64,000 nt of DNA, from IMG/VR virus record IMGVR_UViG_3300028558_000016, positions 418,157-482,156 of that record; one strand, written 5' to 3'. Numbering within the stretch: position 1 is the first letter of the stretch; the number at the start of each line of letters is the position of its first letter. The position numbers were made by a program, and so were the translations under genes. The notes below the pieces were generated by a model that was not told the origin of the DNA, searched no databases, and saw only the letters and a list, made by a program, of their open reading frames with translations. Shown piece after piece: positions 8,790-18,209 of the stretch.

Positions 8790-9254
8790 ATGAAATCATT
8801 ATTGACATTAAAAGATACGGATGTTATGCAAGGATATAACACCATCATGGAAAGAATCGAAAACGGTTTTTATGACCAATACATAGGAACCAAAACTTTC
8901 GGAAGAAAAAGCCATTATAAAAAACTAATCGATAGAACTGGAATTTCTCTTACTCAAATGGATTCGCTCCTTTCTGTAAAAGATTACACTACTATTCAAT
9001 TTCATTTTGAACAAAATTATAAACCAAAAGCTGTTAGCTTGGCTCAAGATGAATTGAAAGGAAAAAATGCAGAAATTCTAATGCAAAATAACATTGAAAA
9101 TTCTGAATTGGCCGATAAAGAAGAAAGAGAAAGAATCAATGGAATTCTTTCATCTATTCCAAGCGAAGATCTTAATGGATATGGTTATTCAGAAGGAGCA
9201 GAGATTGCAATAGCTCATATTCTGAAGAACTATAATTTAACTTTTAAAAATTAA
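8790..9254 (+). CDS. Hypothetical protein
   Basis: 154-aa ORF. Confidence 0.65.
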   Translation: MKSLLTLKDTDVMQGYNTIMERIENGFYDQYIGTKTFGRKSHYKKLIDRTGISLTQMDSLLSVKDYTTIQFHFEQNYKPKAVSLAQDELKGKNAEILMQNNIENSELADKEERERINGILSSIPSEDLNGYGYSEGAEIAIAHILKNYNLTFKN

Positions 9255-9884
9255 ATGAAAAACATAAAACCATTTTCGAAAGTTTCACTTAATGTGGAAC
9301 TTTCGTACGTTTCGCCGGGTGCCTTCAAAGAAGGAAGCAATTGTTGCGATTGGAATAATCCAACTGAAGTTGCACTCGTAAAAGCAGCTCACATGAACGA
9401 TGAAGCAAAAAAGGTTTTGAACTCAACAATCAGAGCTAATTTCCATGTTGAAATCAAAACAAAGGATAAAACAATGTTTGAAGTTGTTTCAGAAATGAAT
9501 AGATTAAACACAGATGAAAAAATTCAAAGGGTCATTCAGTTATCTAAAGAATTACAAGAATATATTCTGTCTGTGACAAAATCTGTTTTTCCAGACCATC
9601 CTGCAACATATCCAGAAATAGTTGAGAAAGATTGGATGGATAAAATGAAGTTCAACAAAAAGACTGTTGATTATAATACCAACATTTACAGATGGAGCAC
9701 CGACCATTCAATAGAAATAAAAATTCTTGATATTCTCCAAAAGTTCGTTGATGAAGGTTTAGAAAAACATATCAATCTTACAATGCACTATAATTGTTGG
9801 GCATATTTTTATAACAACAAACAAGTGTATGAGTCTCCGTTACAGGAAATAATTAACCACAGAAGAAAACAAATAACACTATGA
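9255..9884 (+). CDS. Hypothetical protein
   Basis: 209-aa ORF. Confidence 0.65.
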   Translation: MKNIKPFSKVSLNVELSYVSPGAFKEGSNCCDWNNPTEVALVKAAHMNDEAKKVLNSTIRANFHVEIKTKDKTMFEVVSEMNRLNTDEKIQRVIQLSKELQEYILSVTKSVFPDHPATYPEIVEKDWMDKMKFNKKTVDYNTNIYRWSTDHSIEIKILDILQKFVDEGLEKHINLTMHYNCWAYFYNNKQVYESPLQEIINHRRKQITL

Positions 9885-10075
9885 AAAAAACATCATTACA
9901 CCTTTCCGGATTTTGGTTTCACATCACTTGGGAAAACGATTGCGTTGGCCATGATCAGCATGGAACAAAGTGGAACAACATTAAAAATCCACAATGCAGC
10001 AATCCAGTCATCGCTCCTATATGCGAAATAATGCATGATACAATTATAAAATTAACTAAACTGCAATTACAATAA
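9881..10075 (+). CDS. Hypothetical protein
   Basis: 64-aa ORF coupled on both sides. Confidence 0.55.
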   Translation: MKKTSLHLSGFWFHITWENDCVGHDQHGTKWNNIKNPQCSNPVIAPICEIMHDTIIKLTKLQLQ

Positions 10076-10518
10076 TGGAAATTATATTAGATTTCGACGG
10101 AACAGTCGTAGAACACAATTACCCTAAAATGGGAAGATGCAACTTCGGTTGTTTTGAAGTTTTAAAGAAGCTGCAAGATGCAGGACATAAAATCATTCTG
10201 AATACATACAGGGCTGATTGTAACAATGGAACTCTCGAACAAGCTTTGAAATTGCTCAACGAACAATATTGGATGATGCTAAAAGACAGAAGCATGAGAG
10301 AAGATTTCGAAATGAAACCGATAACGGAATTTTATAAAAGCAAAGTTGATCCACACCCATTTGATTGGGAAGCCATCAAACGCGACAACAGAATATTCAT
10401 AGATGACATCGCATATAATATTCCATTGAAGAAAGCTTGCATGGTACAAAGCGATATGGTTGATTGGGATGAGCTTGATAAGCAGTTTGAAGAAAACGGA
10501 ATGTATGAAAAATTGTAG
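10075..10518 (+). CDS. HAD-superfamily hydrolase (BT0820-like)
   Basis: IILDFDGTVVEH motif I, IILNTYR motif II, IFIDD motif IV. Confidence 0.8.
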   Translation: MEIILDFDGTVVEHNYPKMGRCNFGCFEVLKKLQDAGHKIILNTYRADCNNGTLEQALKLLNEQYWMMLKDRSMREDFEMKPITEFYKSKVDPHPFDWEAIKRDNRIFIDDIAYNIPLKKACMVQSDMVDWDELDKQFEENGMYEKL

Positions 10519-10873
10519 AGGAGAATCAATAGGACAACCCATCGTCGGTTGTGATTGCGAATATTGCTATCCTCGTTTGAGGAAATGGTATAAGGAGAAA
10601 AGAGAAAAGGAAGCTCCACACAAAGCAAACAGATTCAAATTTGTGAAAGCTGTTGTTGAGTCTGGTATTCCTGTCGATGACAATAATTGTGAGATGATAG
10701 CTAAATGGAATCAAATCATTGGAGACGAATCAAGCTTAATGACCACAACTAATATCATGAAAGTTCCTGCGTTGCTGTCTCGATTGAAACTTTACATCCC
10801 ATTTGATGGAAGAAATTTAAAACAAGAAACCAAAGATAGAGTACGCGAAATATGGAACAGTCTAAAAAAATGA
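10505..10873 (+). CDS. Hypothetical protein
   Basis: GCDCEYCYP cysteine cluster; start placed at the second Met. Confidence 0.55.
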   Translation: MKNCRGESIGQPIVGCDCEYCYPRLRKWYKEKREKEAPHKANRFKFVKAVVESGIPVDDNNCEMIAKWNQIIGDESSLMTTTNIMKVPALLSRLKLYIPFDGRNLKQETKDRVREIWNSLKK

Positions 10874-11136
10874 AAAACAAGCAACTGGTAATAAACTTCT
10901 TTAATCATCTGGTTGAAGGAGGAATGCGCCAGGACGTTGCGGCAAGAAAGACTGCTAAAACATATTCTATTCCCGTAAAGAAGATCAGAGCGTTACTCCT
11001 GATTAAACCCAACAAAGTCACTGACCAAAGAAATGCCCTAATTAAATACCTTCATAAAGAACACAAAATGGGTGCCGACGAGATAGGAATTATCATAGGA
11101 ATGGCACCAGTTTACATTAAGAGATTTCTAAAGTAA
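10870..11136 (+). CDS. Small basic protein, possible double HTH
   Basis: Two short helical basic segments; ATGA overlap. Confidence 0.55.
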   Translation: MKNKQLVINFFNHLVEGGMRQDVAARKTAKTYSIPVKKIRALLLIKPNKVTDQRNALIKYLHKEHKMGADEIGIIIGMAPVYIKRFLK

Positions 11137-11162
11137 TAATTTTTTATTTGTCATAAAAATGT

Positions 11163-11170
11163 TATATTTG
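11163..11170 (+). promoter_or_regulatory. Bacteroidota-type -7 promoter box (TAnnTTTG)
   Basis: TATATTTG 38 nt upstream of ATG 11208; similar boxes at 29257-29264(-), 32120-32127(-), 61587-61594(+). Confidence 0.55.
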
Positions 11171-11207
11171 TGACAACTTATCTATTATTAACTAAAACAA
11201 ACACAAC

Positions 11208-11768
11208 ATGATCGGAATCTTATTATTTGGAACACTGTGGTTTTGGGTATTGGTTGCAGTGGCATCAATCCTCATTATCTTCTTCTTGGAAAGAGCACTT
11301 GACGATGAATATCACGACACTGGTGGAGGATTTCCATCAACAATCACCATCCTGATTTTTATTGCACTCTACTACTTCTTGGGATCAAAACAAGACGTAT
11401 ATGATTTCTTCGCATACATGCGAGATTACCCTTGGTTCACTATTGGCAGAGTGGCAGCTTACATTGGAATTGGAGTTATTTGGTCCATATTCAAATGGTA
11501 TTTCTTCTTGCAAAATAAGAAGTATCAATTGACGAAAAAAATGGAAGACAGAGAGATCGATGAAATAAACGAAAGCGATATTCCTCAAGCAAAGAAAAAC
11601 AAAGCAAGAATTATTTCTTGGATGTCATATTGGCCATTCTCCATGTTATGGACGTTGATCAACGAACCTGTAAAGAAAACATTCAGATTCATCTACTCGA
11701 AAATCGAAGGCATCTTCCAAAAGATGTCCGATCGTATTTTCAAGGATTTCAAAGTAAAAAAGAAATAA
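11208..11768 (+). CDS. Membrane protein
   Basis: Three to four hydrophobic segments; SWMSYWPFSMLWTLINEP. Confidence 0.7.
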   Translation: MIGILLFGTLWFWVLVAVASILIIFFLERALDDEYHDTGGGFPSTITILIFIALYYFLGSKQDVYDFFAYMRDYPWFTIGRVAAYIGIGVIWSIFKWYFFLQNKKYQLTKKMEDREIDEINESDIPQAKKNKARIISWMSYWPFSMLWTLINEPVKKTFRFIYSKIEGIFQKMSDRIFKDFKVKKK

Positions 11769-11795
11769 ACCCCATCAATTAAAATCATCATTAAT

Positions 11796-13514
11796 ATGAG
11801 CACTACCAGAAGCGAACGCAATGAGAGTTTCAAGAAGGCTTTTGTAATAAAAGCCATTCCATTTCTCAAATCAATTTTTGCAAAAACTCAACTCGGTTAC
11901 AATAGCATTGACGTCAAAAGCACTTGTGACAAACATGAAATCCCGACAAATGCCGTTCCAACGATGGTTGACCTCGGCATTTTAAAGATGCAAGGAGAAA
12001 AACGATCCGCAATGTACCATTGGAAAGGTGGTCTTATTAGTGATGATATGGCGGCAAGAATTTACGAAAGAATTCAGATGAACAAGCAACACGCCAAGAT
12101 TAAAAAGAAAATGGAAGAACAACACGATAATAAGCTATCGAGCAAAAAGCTTGTTAAAGTGATTGGTTCTAAAAGACCGGTTGAATTTAAAAACGATCAC
12201 GAAGCTGCCGCCATATTAAGATCAATGGTTGAAGTGTATGCTGGAACCAAGAACAAAGGAATGAAAACGGCAGGAATGATCCTCGAGATTATTAGAAAGG
12301 AAGTTAATAATGATACGTTGGCCGATAGAATTTTGAAAGGGCTTGTTGATGGAAATTACATTACGGTCAATAAGAATTTAAACACGATCGACTTATACAC
12401 CTGGAACGAAGATGAACCAAACGAGGAACATGCTCTATTTATGAAGGACATGATCAAGGAAACAGTAGGAGACGACAGACCAAACAGAATATTTAATTTC
12501 CTGATGTACCTCTATAAGTTTAAGACCTTCACACACGCTAAATTACGTTCAGAGGTTGTCAAGTTTAATTTGACTTATAATGACCAATCAGTCATCACGG
12601 CAGATGTTCTTGAATTCAGAGGTTCAAAAATCGATAGAGAGTATAAATGGAAATTGAGCGAAGCTCCATCAATACAGCTCGCAGAAGTGCTTGACCGAAA
12701 AGTAAAAGCATACGGAGCCAAATACAAAAAGGATTACACTCCTAAAAAGGAATCTCCTAAAATGGATAAACACGTCAAGGAAGAAAAGCCTAAAACAGTT
12801 GGTACAACCAACTATGGAGCTTCAACATTAACCGTGTTAGAATATCTTAAAACACACGATCAGATGACAACTGATGAAGCGTGTGAGCTTCTTAAGCAAG
12901 ACAAGCATACAATTTCCAATATATTCTGGAGATTGTGTAAGGATAAATTGACATACCGAGTTAAAATGAAAACCTATGCAATGGTTGGAAATTCAGCTCC
13001 TGTTAAAAAAGAAGAACCGGTTGTTGTAGTTCAACACGTAAACAAAGAAGTAATGACACATGATAATGATTTCTTAAGCAGTTTAAAATCTGCTTTGGAC
13101 ACCATGAGAGAGAAAGAGATTAAGCTTACAAGAGAATTGAATGATGTTAAGGAAAAGATTAAAGAAGGTGAGGATCTTCTCGCCCTTAAGGAAAGAGAAC
13201 ATTCTTACATGGCTTCAATAGGAAAGTTTATAGGAAAGAAGAAAAATCCTGTCATTGACCAAATATCGACAGCTCTTATAAAGAGCCAAGATAATGGAAG
13301 AAAGAGACACGCGCATGACAAACAAACGATACTTGATACTCTTAACAGAAAAGAACAAGTAACGCTTGATGAATTCATTGAAATATTTTATCCTGGAAAA
13401 GGTTTAAACTGGAACAGCGATGAAGTTAAATCACTATCTGCAATGATATATTCTTTGAAAAAGGATGGAAAAATTGAATCTCCGGAAAAAGCAATATACA
13501 AGTTGAAAAAGTAA
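11796..13514 (+). CDS. Large basic protein with several putative winged-helix domains and a coiled coil
   Basis: VLEYLKTHDQMTTDEACELL..ISNIFWRLCKDKLTYRV and ILDTLNRKEQVTLDE..SAMIYSLKKDGKIESPEKAIYKL patterns. Confidence 0.6.
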   Translation: MSTTRSERNESFKKAFVIKAIPFLKSIFAKTQLGYNSIDVKSTCDKHEIPTNAVPTMVDLGILKMQGEKRSAMYHWKGGLISDDMAARIYERIQMNKQHAKIKKKMEEQHDNKLSSKKLVKVIGSKRPVEFKNDHEAAAILRSMVEVYAGTKNKGMKTAGMILEIIRKEVNNDTLADRILKGLVDGNYITVNKNLNTIDLYTWNEDEPNEEHALFMKDMIKETVGDDRPNRIFNFLMYLYKFKTFTHAKLRSEVVKFNLTYNDQSVITADVLEFRGSKIDREYKWKLSEAPSIQLAEVLDRKVKAYGAKYKKDYTPKKESPKMDKHVKEEKPKTVGTTNYGASTLTVLEYLKTHDQMTTDEACELLKQDKHTISNIFWRLCKDKLTYRVKMKTYAMVGNSAPVKKEEPVVVVQHVNKEVMTHDNDFLSSLKSALDTMREKEIKLTRELNDVKEKIKEGEDLLALKEREHSYMASIGKFIGKKKNPVIDQISTALIKSQDNGRKRHAHDKQTILDTLNRKEQVTLDEFIEIFYPGKGLNWNSDEVKSLSAMIYSLKKDGKIESPEKAIYKLKK

Positions 13515-14011
13515 TGTCCTATGACGTCATATTAAAGGAAGTAGGTCGTGCTAAATTAGGAGTGGTTAAGACGATCATGGATCTAACTGGTCTTGGATTA
13601 AAAGACTCAAAGGACTTGGCAGATGATGTGGACCCTCGTGTTGGAAAAGGAAGAGTGATAAGAAGAACAGATTCGCTCGAAGAAGCAGAGTCAGTAAAAA
13701 TACCGCTTGAAAATGCTGGAGCAACAGTTGAAATCATGAATAATACTACATTGGAAACAATACAATCAACATTAACGAGTTTCAAAGTTGTCACCAGCGG
13801 TTCAATATTGCAATACACATCTTCCACGCCAAGTTTAACTGGAATATTTGAACCTATCGCTGGTACTGGGATTGGCGGGAAATCATTTCGCATTAATTAC
13901 AGATCTAAAGATGGCGAAGATAAAACAGAAACAATAGAAGCTCCTACTTTAGAAATTGCTAAAACAAAGATACTTGATTTAGATTATGTTAACTACCACA
14001 TGGGAGGTTGA
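13514..14011 (+). CDS. Ribosomal protein bL12 (L7/L12) C-terminal domain fused to an unknown domain
   Basis: YDVILKEVGRAKLGVVKTIMDLTGLGLKDSKDLAD...EEAESVKIPLENAGATVEI. Confidence 0.8.
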   Translation: MSYDVILKEVGRAKLGVVKTIMDLTGLGLKDSKDLADDVDPRVGKGRVIRRTDSLEEAESVKIPLENAGATVEIMNNTTLETIQSTLTSFKVVTSGSILQYTSSTPSLTGIFEPIAGTGIGGKSFRINYRSKDGEDKTETIEAPTLEIAKTKILDLDYVNYHMGG

Positions 14012-14042
14012 AACAAGTTAACATCTGTGCCATAAAATTGAT

Positions 14043-14753
14043 ATGGCATTATTACCACATTACAGACCTGTTATGGTCTCCTCCGAACTTGTAAAAGTTC
14101 AACCGATGTCTCCTCCCGATGGAACGGCCCTGTTAGCATATATGGATGTTAAATACGAATCAAAAATGGAAAAGAAAAGCAGAAGGAAAAGCACGATGAG
14201 ACGTTTTAAAATAAAATATACAAATACAAAAGGTGTTGTAAAAACTCGTAACATCAAAGCCACAAGCGAAGAGAGGGCAATGTCTGAAATTAAAGACATG
14301 GGTCAACATCATTATACTATCGTGGAATCTCTTGATGAGCCTGATCCTGTCAATCCATGCAAAGAAGTAAAACTTGATTTATCCAAGTTCACACGTCCCG
14401 GAATTTATTCAAGAGAAAATGATCAAAATCTTGGACGGTTGGAAAGATTAGAAAAATGGTCAACCGTTATCACTGGTTTAGCTGGTTCTGGGAAAAGTAA
14501 TCTTAGTGCTGAAAAAATAGGATGGCTTAGCGAATATGCAGCAAACCATGCACAATGGGAATCATCTTCAAATTCCATTTACACTCCATATTTAGATACT
14601 TGGGATGACAGTAGCCATGCTGCGATGAAAATAGCTGACAATTCATCGTATGGAATTTTTACTGAGTTACCTATTGCGAGACGAGTATTTTCATCACTTA
14701 CGCCGCAATCGGCAATTGATGTCTCTCCTTTGAACGCGGAGAAAAAGAACTAA
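14043..14753 (+). CDS. Hypothetical protein with gp23 (major capsid)-like fragments
   Basis: VKVQPMSPPDG..AYMDVKY at the N-terminus; LEKWSTVITG and LPIARRVFSSLTPQSAIDVSPL near the C-terminus. Confidence 0.45.
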   Translation: MALLPHYRPVMVSSELVKVQPMSPPDGTALLAYMDVKYESKMEKKSRRKSTMRRFKIKYTNTKGVVKTRNIKATSEERAMSEIKDMGQHHYTIVESLDEPDPVNPCKEVKLDLSKFTRPGIYSRENDQNLGRLERLEKWSTVITGLAGSGKSNLSAEKIGWLSEYAANHAQWESSSNSIYTPYLDTWDDSSHAAMKIADNSSYGIFTELPIARRVFSSLTPQSAIDVSPLNAEKKN

Positions 14754-15225
14754 CGATCCTGAATTCAATGTTTGGATTTTGTTCTTCCATTTTAGTTAAT
14801 CTACTTTCAAAATTTTCATCTTTTGGATTTCTTACGATCTCTATCGATGATATAAATCTTTTTATTCCTTTGATTTCTTTCTTAGTAATTCTTTCTTCTC
14901 TTTCATCTCCATATAATTCTCTTCTCTCCTTATAATCCATGTGTTCTGGATCATAAAACATTGGATCTTTTTCTGGGTCATAAAGGAATGGTTCAAAATG
15001 GAATTTATCACTCATGGCATCTCCGTCAAAAGTTATTCTACAATTTCTTCTATGGAATTTGAATAATGGATTTCGTGTGAATGAAATATAATCGAACATG
15101 GCAGATGATTCCATTCTATCTTCCTCGAGTATTCCCTCAAGCGAATCAAACAAAGTAAAATGGTAAATTGAACCTACTTGTTTTTTCTCACATACAAATG
15201 ACTCGAATGTTCTCAAATGCCTCAT
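14698..15225 (-). CDS. Putative ART-fold protein with capsid-targeting-like N-terminus
   Basis: Starts MRHLRTFESFVCE; IYHFT...ISFTRN...ITFDG...DEREERI (H-S-ExE). Confidence 0.55.
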   Translation of the reverse strand: MRHLRTFESFVCEKKQVGSIYHFTLFDSLEGILEEDRMESSAMFDYISFTRNPLFKFHRRNCRITFDGDAMSDKFHFEPFLYDPEKDPMFYDPEHMDYKERRELYGDEREERITKKEIKGIKRFISSIEIVRNPKDENFESRLTKMEEQNPNIEFRIVSSFSPRSKERHQLPIAA

Positions 15226-15297
15226 GGTCTATATATTCAAAATCATTTATCTATTCTCTATTATACAACAGCTTAATAGCCAGTTAGTTATGTACTT

Positions 15298-15324
15298 CTA
15301 ACTGCTTGATAATCAATAGATTAG
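15298..15324. promoter_or_regulatory. Second copy of the TTGATAATCAA palindrome
   Basis: CTAACT-gc-TTGAT-A-ATCAA-ta-GATTAG in a divergent intergenic region. Confidence 0.5.
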
Positions 15325-15405
15325 ATTTCCATTTATTAATGGAAATATTTTTTTATATGATAAAAATTTAGTAATTTTACTATGTAAATCATTATAAACC
15401 AACTT

Positions 15406-16413
15406 ATGAAAAAGCAAACTAAAAAAACAAGCAAACCTGCTGCAAAAAAACCTGCTGCAAAAAAATCAACAAAACCTGCAAAGAAAGTTACGGCTAAAAA
15501 ACCGGCAAAACCTTCTGCAAAGAAACCATCTGCTAAAAAACCAGCAAAAAAAGTTGTTGCTGCGAAACCAGCGAAACCGGTTTCTAAAAAACCATTTAAG
15601 CTGGATCCCAAAGTAGGTACAATCATTGTTTTAAGCAAACCTGTAACTGCACCAGTTAGCAAAAGCAAAAAACCACACATTTCTGGTTTTATTCCAACTG
15701 TGGCTGTTGACAAAAAACAAAAGTTTAAAAAACCTGCAATCGTTCAAACTGAACATGGTCTTGGTTTAGTTTATGAACATGAACCAAAAGTTTCTGTAAA
15801 ACAAGGTCCATTTAATTCAATTGAAAAAACCATTGTTCACTTGGTGAAAGATAACATGGAGCCAAGGACAATGAATGGTCAACCTAAAAAAATTCTGACC
15901 AATAATTTCTCAGTTATTAAACCTGCTGAAGAAATTAAAGTTGAAAGAACAAAACGTGTTAAAGGTGAACCTTCAAACAAGGATTTCAGCAAGTATAAAT
16001 TCCAAGGAAAACTTTTAAGCAAAGGAAGATTGATCCTTGCAGTTATCGCAAAATTCGCTGAAGACAACAATCCTTCAATGATTGAATTGAATACCGCATT
16101 CCCTCATGAATTAATTCGTCCTTACGGTAAAGGTTTATTCGTTTCTCTTGAAGAAGCTGAGAGAATTAACACTGAGTCAAAACGTACAAGGTTCTTCACA
16201 AACAAAGAAGATGTTGTGAAAATCAAAGGTGCTAAAGTTGCGGTGTCAAACCAAATCGATGGTGAACTTGTAAAACGTTTCTTACCTATCGCGGAAAAAC
16301 ATGGTTGCAAAATAACCATGGAGAATTCAACAGAAGTTAAACCTGTTGTCATCGGTGGCCCAAAGGTTACCAATAACATGGAAATCGGAAGCGAAGCTTA
16401 TATGAGTAACTAA
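15406..16413 (+). CDS. Histone-H1-like K/A/P-rich protein with a C-terminal domain paralogous to 61734..62135
   Basis: KKPAAKK repeats; C-terminal KDFSKYKFQGKLLSKGRLILAVI..RFF..VAVSNQ. Confidence 0.7.
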   Translation: MKKQTKKTSKPAAKKPAAKKSTKPAKKVTAKKPAKPSAKKPSAKKPAKKVVAAKPAKPVSKKPFKLDPKVGTIIVLSKPVTAPVSKSKKPHISGFIPTVAVDKKQKFKKPAIVQTEHGLGLVYEHEPKVSVKQGPFNSIEKTIVHLVKDNMEPRTMNGQPKKILTNNFSVIKPAEEIKVERTKRVKGEPSNKDFSKYKFQGKLLSKGRLILAVIAKFAEDNNPSMIELNTAFPHELIRPYGKGLFVSLEEAERINTESKRTRFFTNKEDVVKIKGAKVAVSNQIDGELVKRFLPIAEKHGCKITMENSTEVKPVVIGGPKVTNNMEIGSEAYMSN

Positions 16414-16739
16414 TGAAAGAATTATTAACTATATTGGAAACTGCTGCCAAATCGGTAGCATTTCCGCCGACGATAAAATACATTTGTGTTTGCCGTGCGA
16501 GTTTATGCGGTGCAGAAAGAGAACGCCAATTGCCATCGTTCATTCAATCTAAAAGTGCATTAACCATAAATTTGTGGTTGATGCCAGAAGTTGCCGCTGG
16601 ATTCAAATACAGAGAAGCGTGCAAAATCGCGTGTGAGGAACTCCAATCCCAATTGGGAGAAGGATATAACGTTGGAACATGTCCAACGAAAAGTGATCTA
16701 ATTATGTCAAATGACAATTTTATAACAATAAACAAATGA
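16413..16739 (+). CDS. Hypothetical protein
   Basis: 108-aa coupled ORF. Confidence 0.55.
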   Translation: MKELLTILETAAKSVAFPPTIKYICVCRASLCGAERERQLPSFIQSKSALTINLWLMPEVAAGFKYREACKIACEELQSQLGEGYNVGTCPTKSDLIMSNDNFITINK

Positions 16740-16879
16740 AAAAGTTTTGGAAAGAATACTCAGAAACATTTTGGGTAGTAACAATGATGCTGGGATGCCT
16801 TTGTGGATTATTTTTTGTTCAAGCGAGCAGAAATGAAAAAGCTGAAAAAAAGCCTTCTACATTAACCATTCCAAAATAA
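16736..16879 (+). CDS. Small membrane peptide (47 aa, not in ORF track)
   Basis: MKKFWKEYSETFWVVTMMLGCLCGLFFVQ; ATGA overlap; followed by a terminator. Confidence 0.45.
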   Translation: MKKFWKEYSETFWVVTMMLGCLCGLFFVQASRNEKAEKKPSTLTIPK

Positions 16880-16936
16880 TTCTCTTTGAGTAACATGGTT
16901 GGTTAACCTTGATTTACATACTCAAAGTTGAAGAGG

Positions 16937-16964
16937 AAGCCCCGAAAGGGGCTTTTTCTTTTTT
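16937..16964 (+). terminator. Rho-independent terminator
   Basis: aagcccc-GAAA-ggggctt followed by a T-rich tract. Confidence 0.85.
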
Positions 16965-17010
16965 AGAAACTTTTTGTTCTGACGGTGATATTATTTATGA
17001 TATTATTTAT

Positions 17011-17430
17011 ATGATCACTGCTTGCGGCATAATTGTTTTATACGAAAACAAAGTTCTTCTTTGTCACCCAACTAATTCTCGTTGGGAAGGAACTTATGGT
17101 GTTCCTAAAGGCAGAATAGAAGAAGGCGAAGAAACAATAGATTGTGCTGTAAGAGAATTTTTCGAAGAAACAGGCATCATAATAGATAAAGATAAATTGA
17201 ATGCCAAGACCATTATTGGTTATAAGAATTATCAGTCGGGCGAAGTCTACAAAGAACTTTGCTTATTCATACACAAAATCAATCACCTATCAGAGATAGG
17301 ACTCGATAATGAGGTTATCCCACAATCTCAATTACAGATAACAGAAATAGATTGGTGCGGATTCTTAACAAAAGATGAAGCAACACCAAAAATGTTTATC
17401 AAACAAATCCCAGTATTAAATTTTCTATAA
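17011..17430 (+). CDS. NUDIX hydrolase
   Basis: Nudix box PKGRIEEGEETIDCAVREFFEETG; start moved past the terminator. Confidence 0.9.
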   Translation: MITACGIIVLYENKVLLCHPTNSRWEGTYGVPKGRIEEGEETIDCAVREFFEETGIIIDKDKLNAKTIIGYKNYQSGEVYKELCLFIHKINHLSEIGLDNEVIPQSQLQITEIDWCGFLTKDEATPKMFIKQIPVLNFL

Positions 17431-17482
17431 TTTCTTTTTTACTATATTAGCTTCAACCATCAATCACTGATAACTGAGGCGT

Positions 17483-17932
17483 ATGAAATTGTTCCTGATA
17501 AAAGAGATTAAAAGCAAAGAAGGTGAATTACACTTTCGCAGATGGAGATTGCTTTCAACTCCTTGGTTCAATATCTACGTTCATGGAATTTATAAAGAGG
17601 ATGAAGATGCACATCTGCACGATCATCCGTGGAATTATCTCTCGATCGTGTTGAGAGGTTATTTCTCCGAGAAGACTTTGAACTATGATGTAATTACGGA
17701 CGAGAAAGCAAAGGAATGGAAAAGCAGAAGAATAGAAGAAATAGTTGTTGGACCAAGCTCTTTTATTTATAGAAAAGCCGAGTCATTTCACAAGATACAA
17801 AAATTGCATTCTAAATCAGTATACACTTTGTTCTTCACTGGAAAAAGAAAAAGAGAATGGGGATATGATGTTAATGGTCGTTGGATCGATAATGTCACAT
17901 ATAGGAAGATGAAGAACGAAAACAAGTTGTAA
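17483..17932 (+). CDS. Cupin-fold protein
   Basis: HLHDHPWNYLSIVLRGYFSE and ESFHKI cupin motifs. Confidence 0.7.
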   Translation: MKLFLIKEIKSKEGELHFRRWRLLSTPWFNIYVHGIYKEDEDAHLHDHPWNYLSIVLRGYFSEKTLNYDVITDEKAKEWKSRRIEEIVVGPSSFIYRKAESFHKIQKLHSKSVYTLFFTGKRKREWGYDVNGRWIDNVTYRKMKNENKL

Positions 17933-17947
17933 CCAAAATAAACAAAT

Positions 17948-18208
17948 ATGGCAAATCTAAGAAAAAACATCGCGCGAAAAAGACAACTCGCAAAAAGAAA
18001 TCACATCATTCGCAGAAATGCAGGTGAAGCGACAGAACTACAGGTTAAAAAGAACTACACCGTTAGAGCCGGTTCAAAGGTAGGTCTTATGGAAACTATC
18101 GAGAAAGTTAAGGTTGTTAGAAAGGATAACAATATCCCACCAACAAAACCTTCTTTTGTTTTCCACAAGTATGGGAAAAATAGCGTACGTAAATTTAAAG
18201 TTGCGTAA
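17948..18208 (+). CDS. Small basic hypothetical protein
   Basis: K/R-rich 86-aa ORF. Confidence 0.55.
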   Translation: MANLRKNIARKRQLAKRNHIIRRNAGEATELQVKKNYTVRAGSKVGLMETIEKVKVVRKDNNIPPTKPSFVFHKYGKNSVRKFKVA

Positions 18209-18209
18209 C

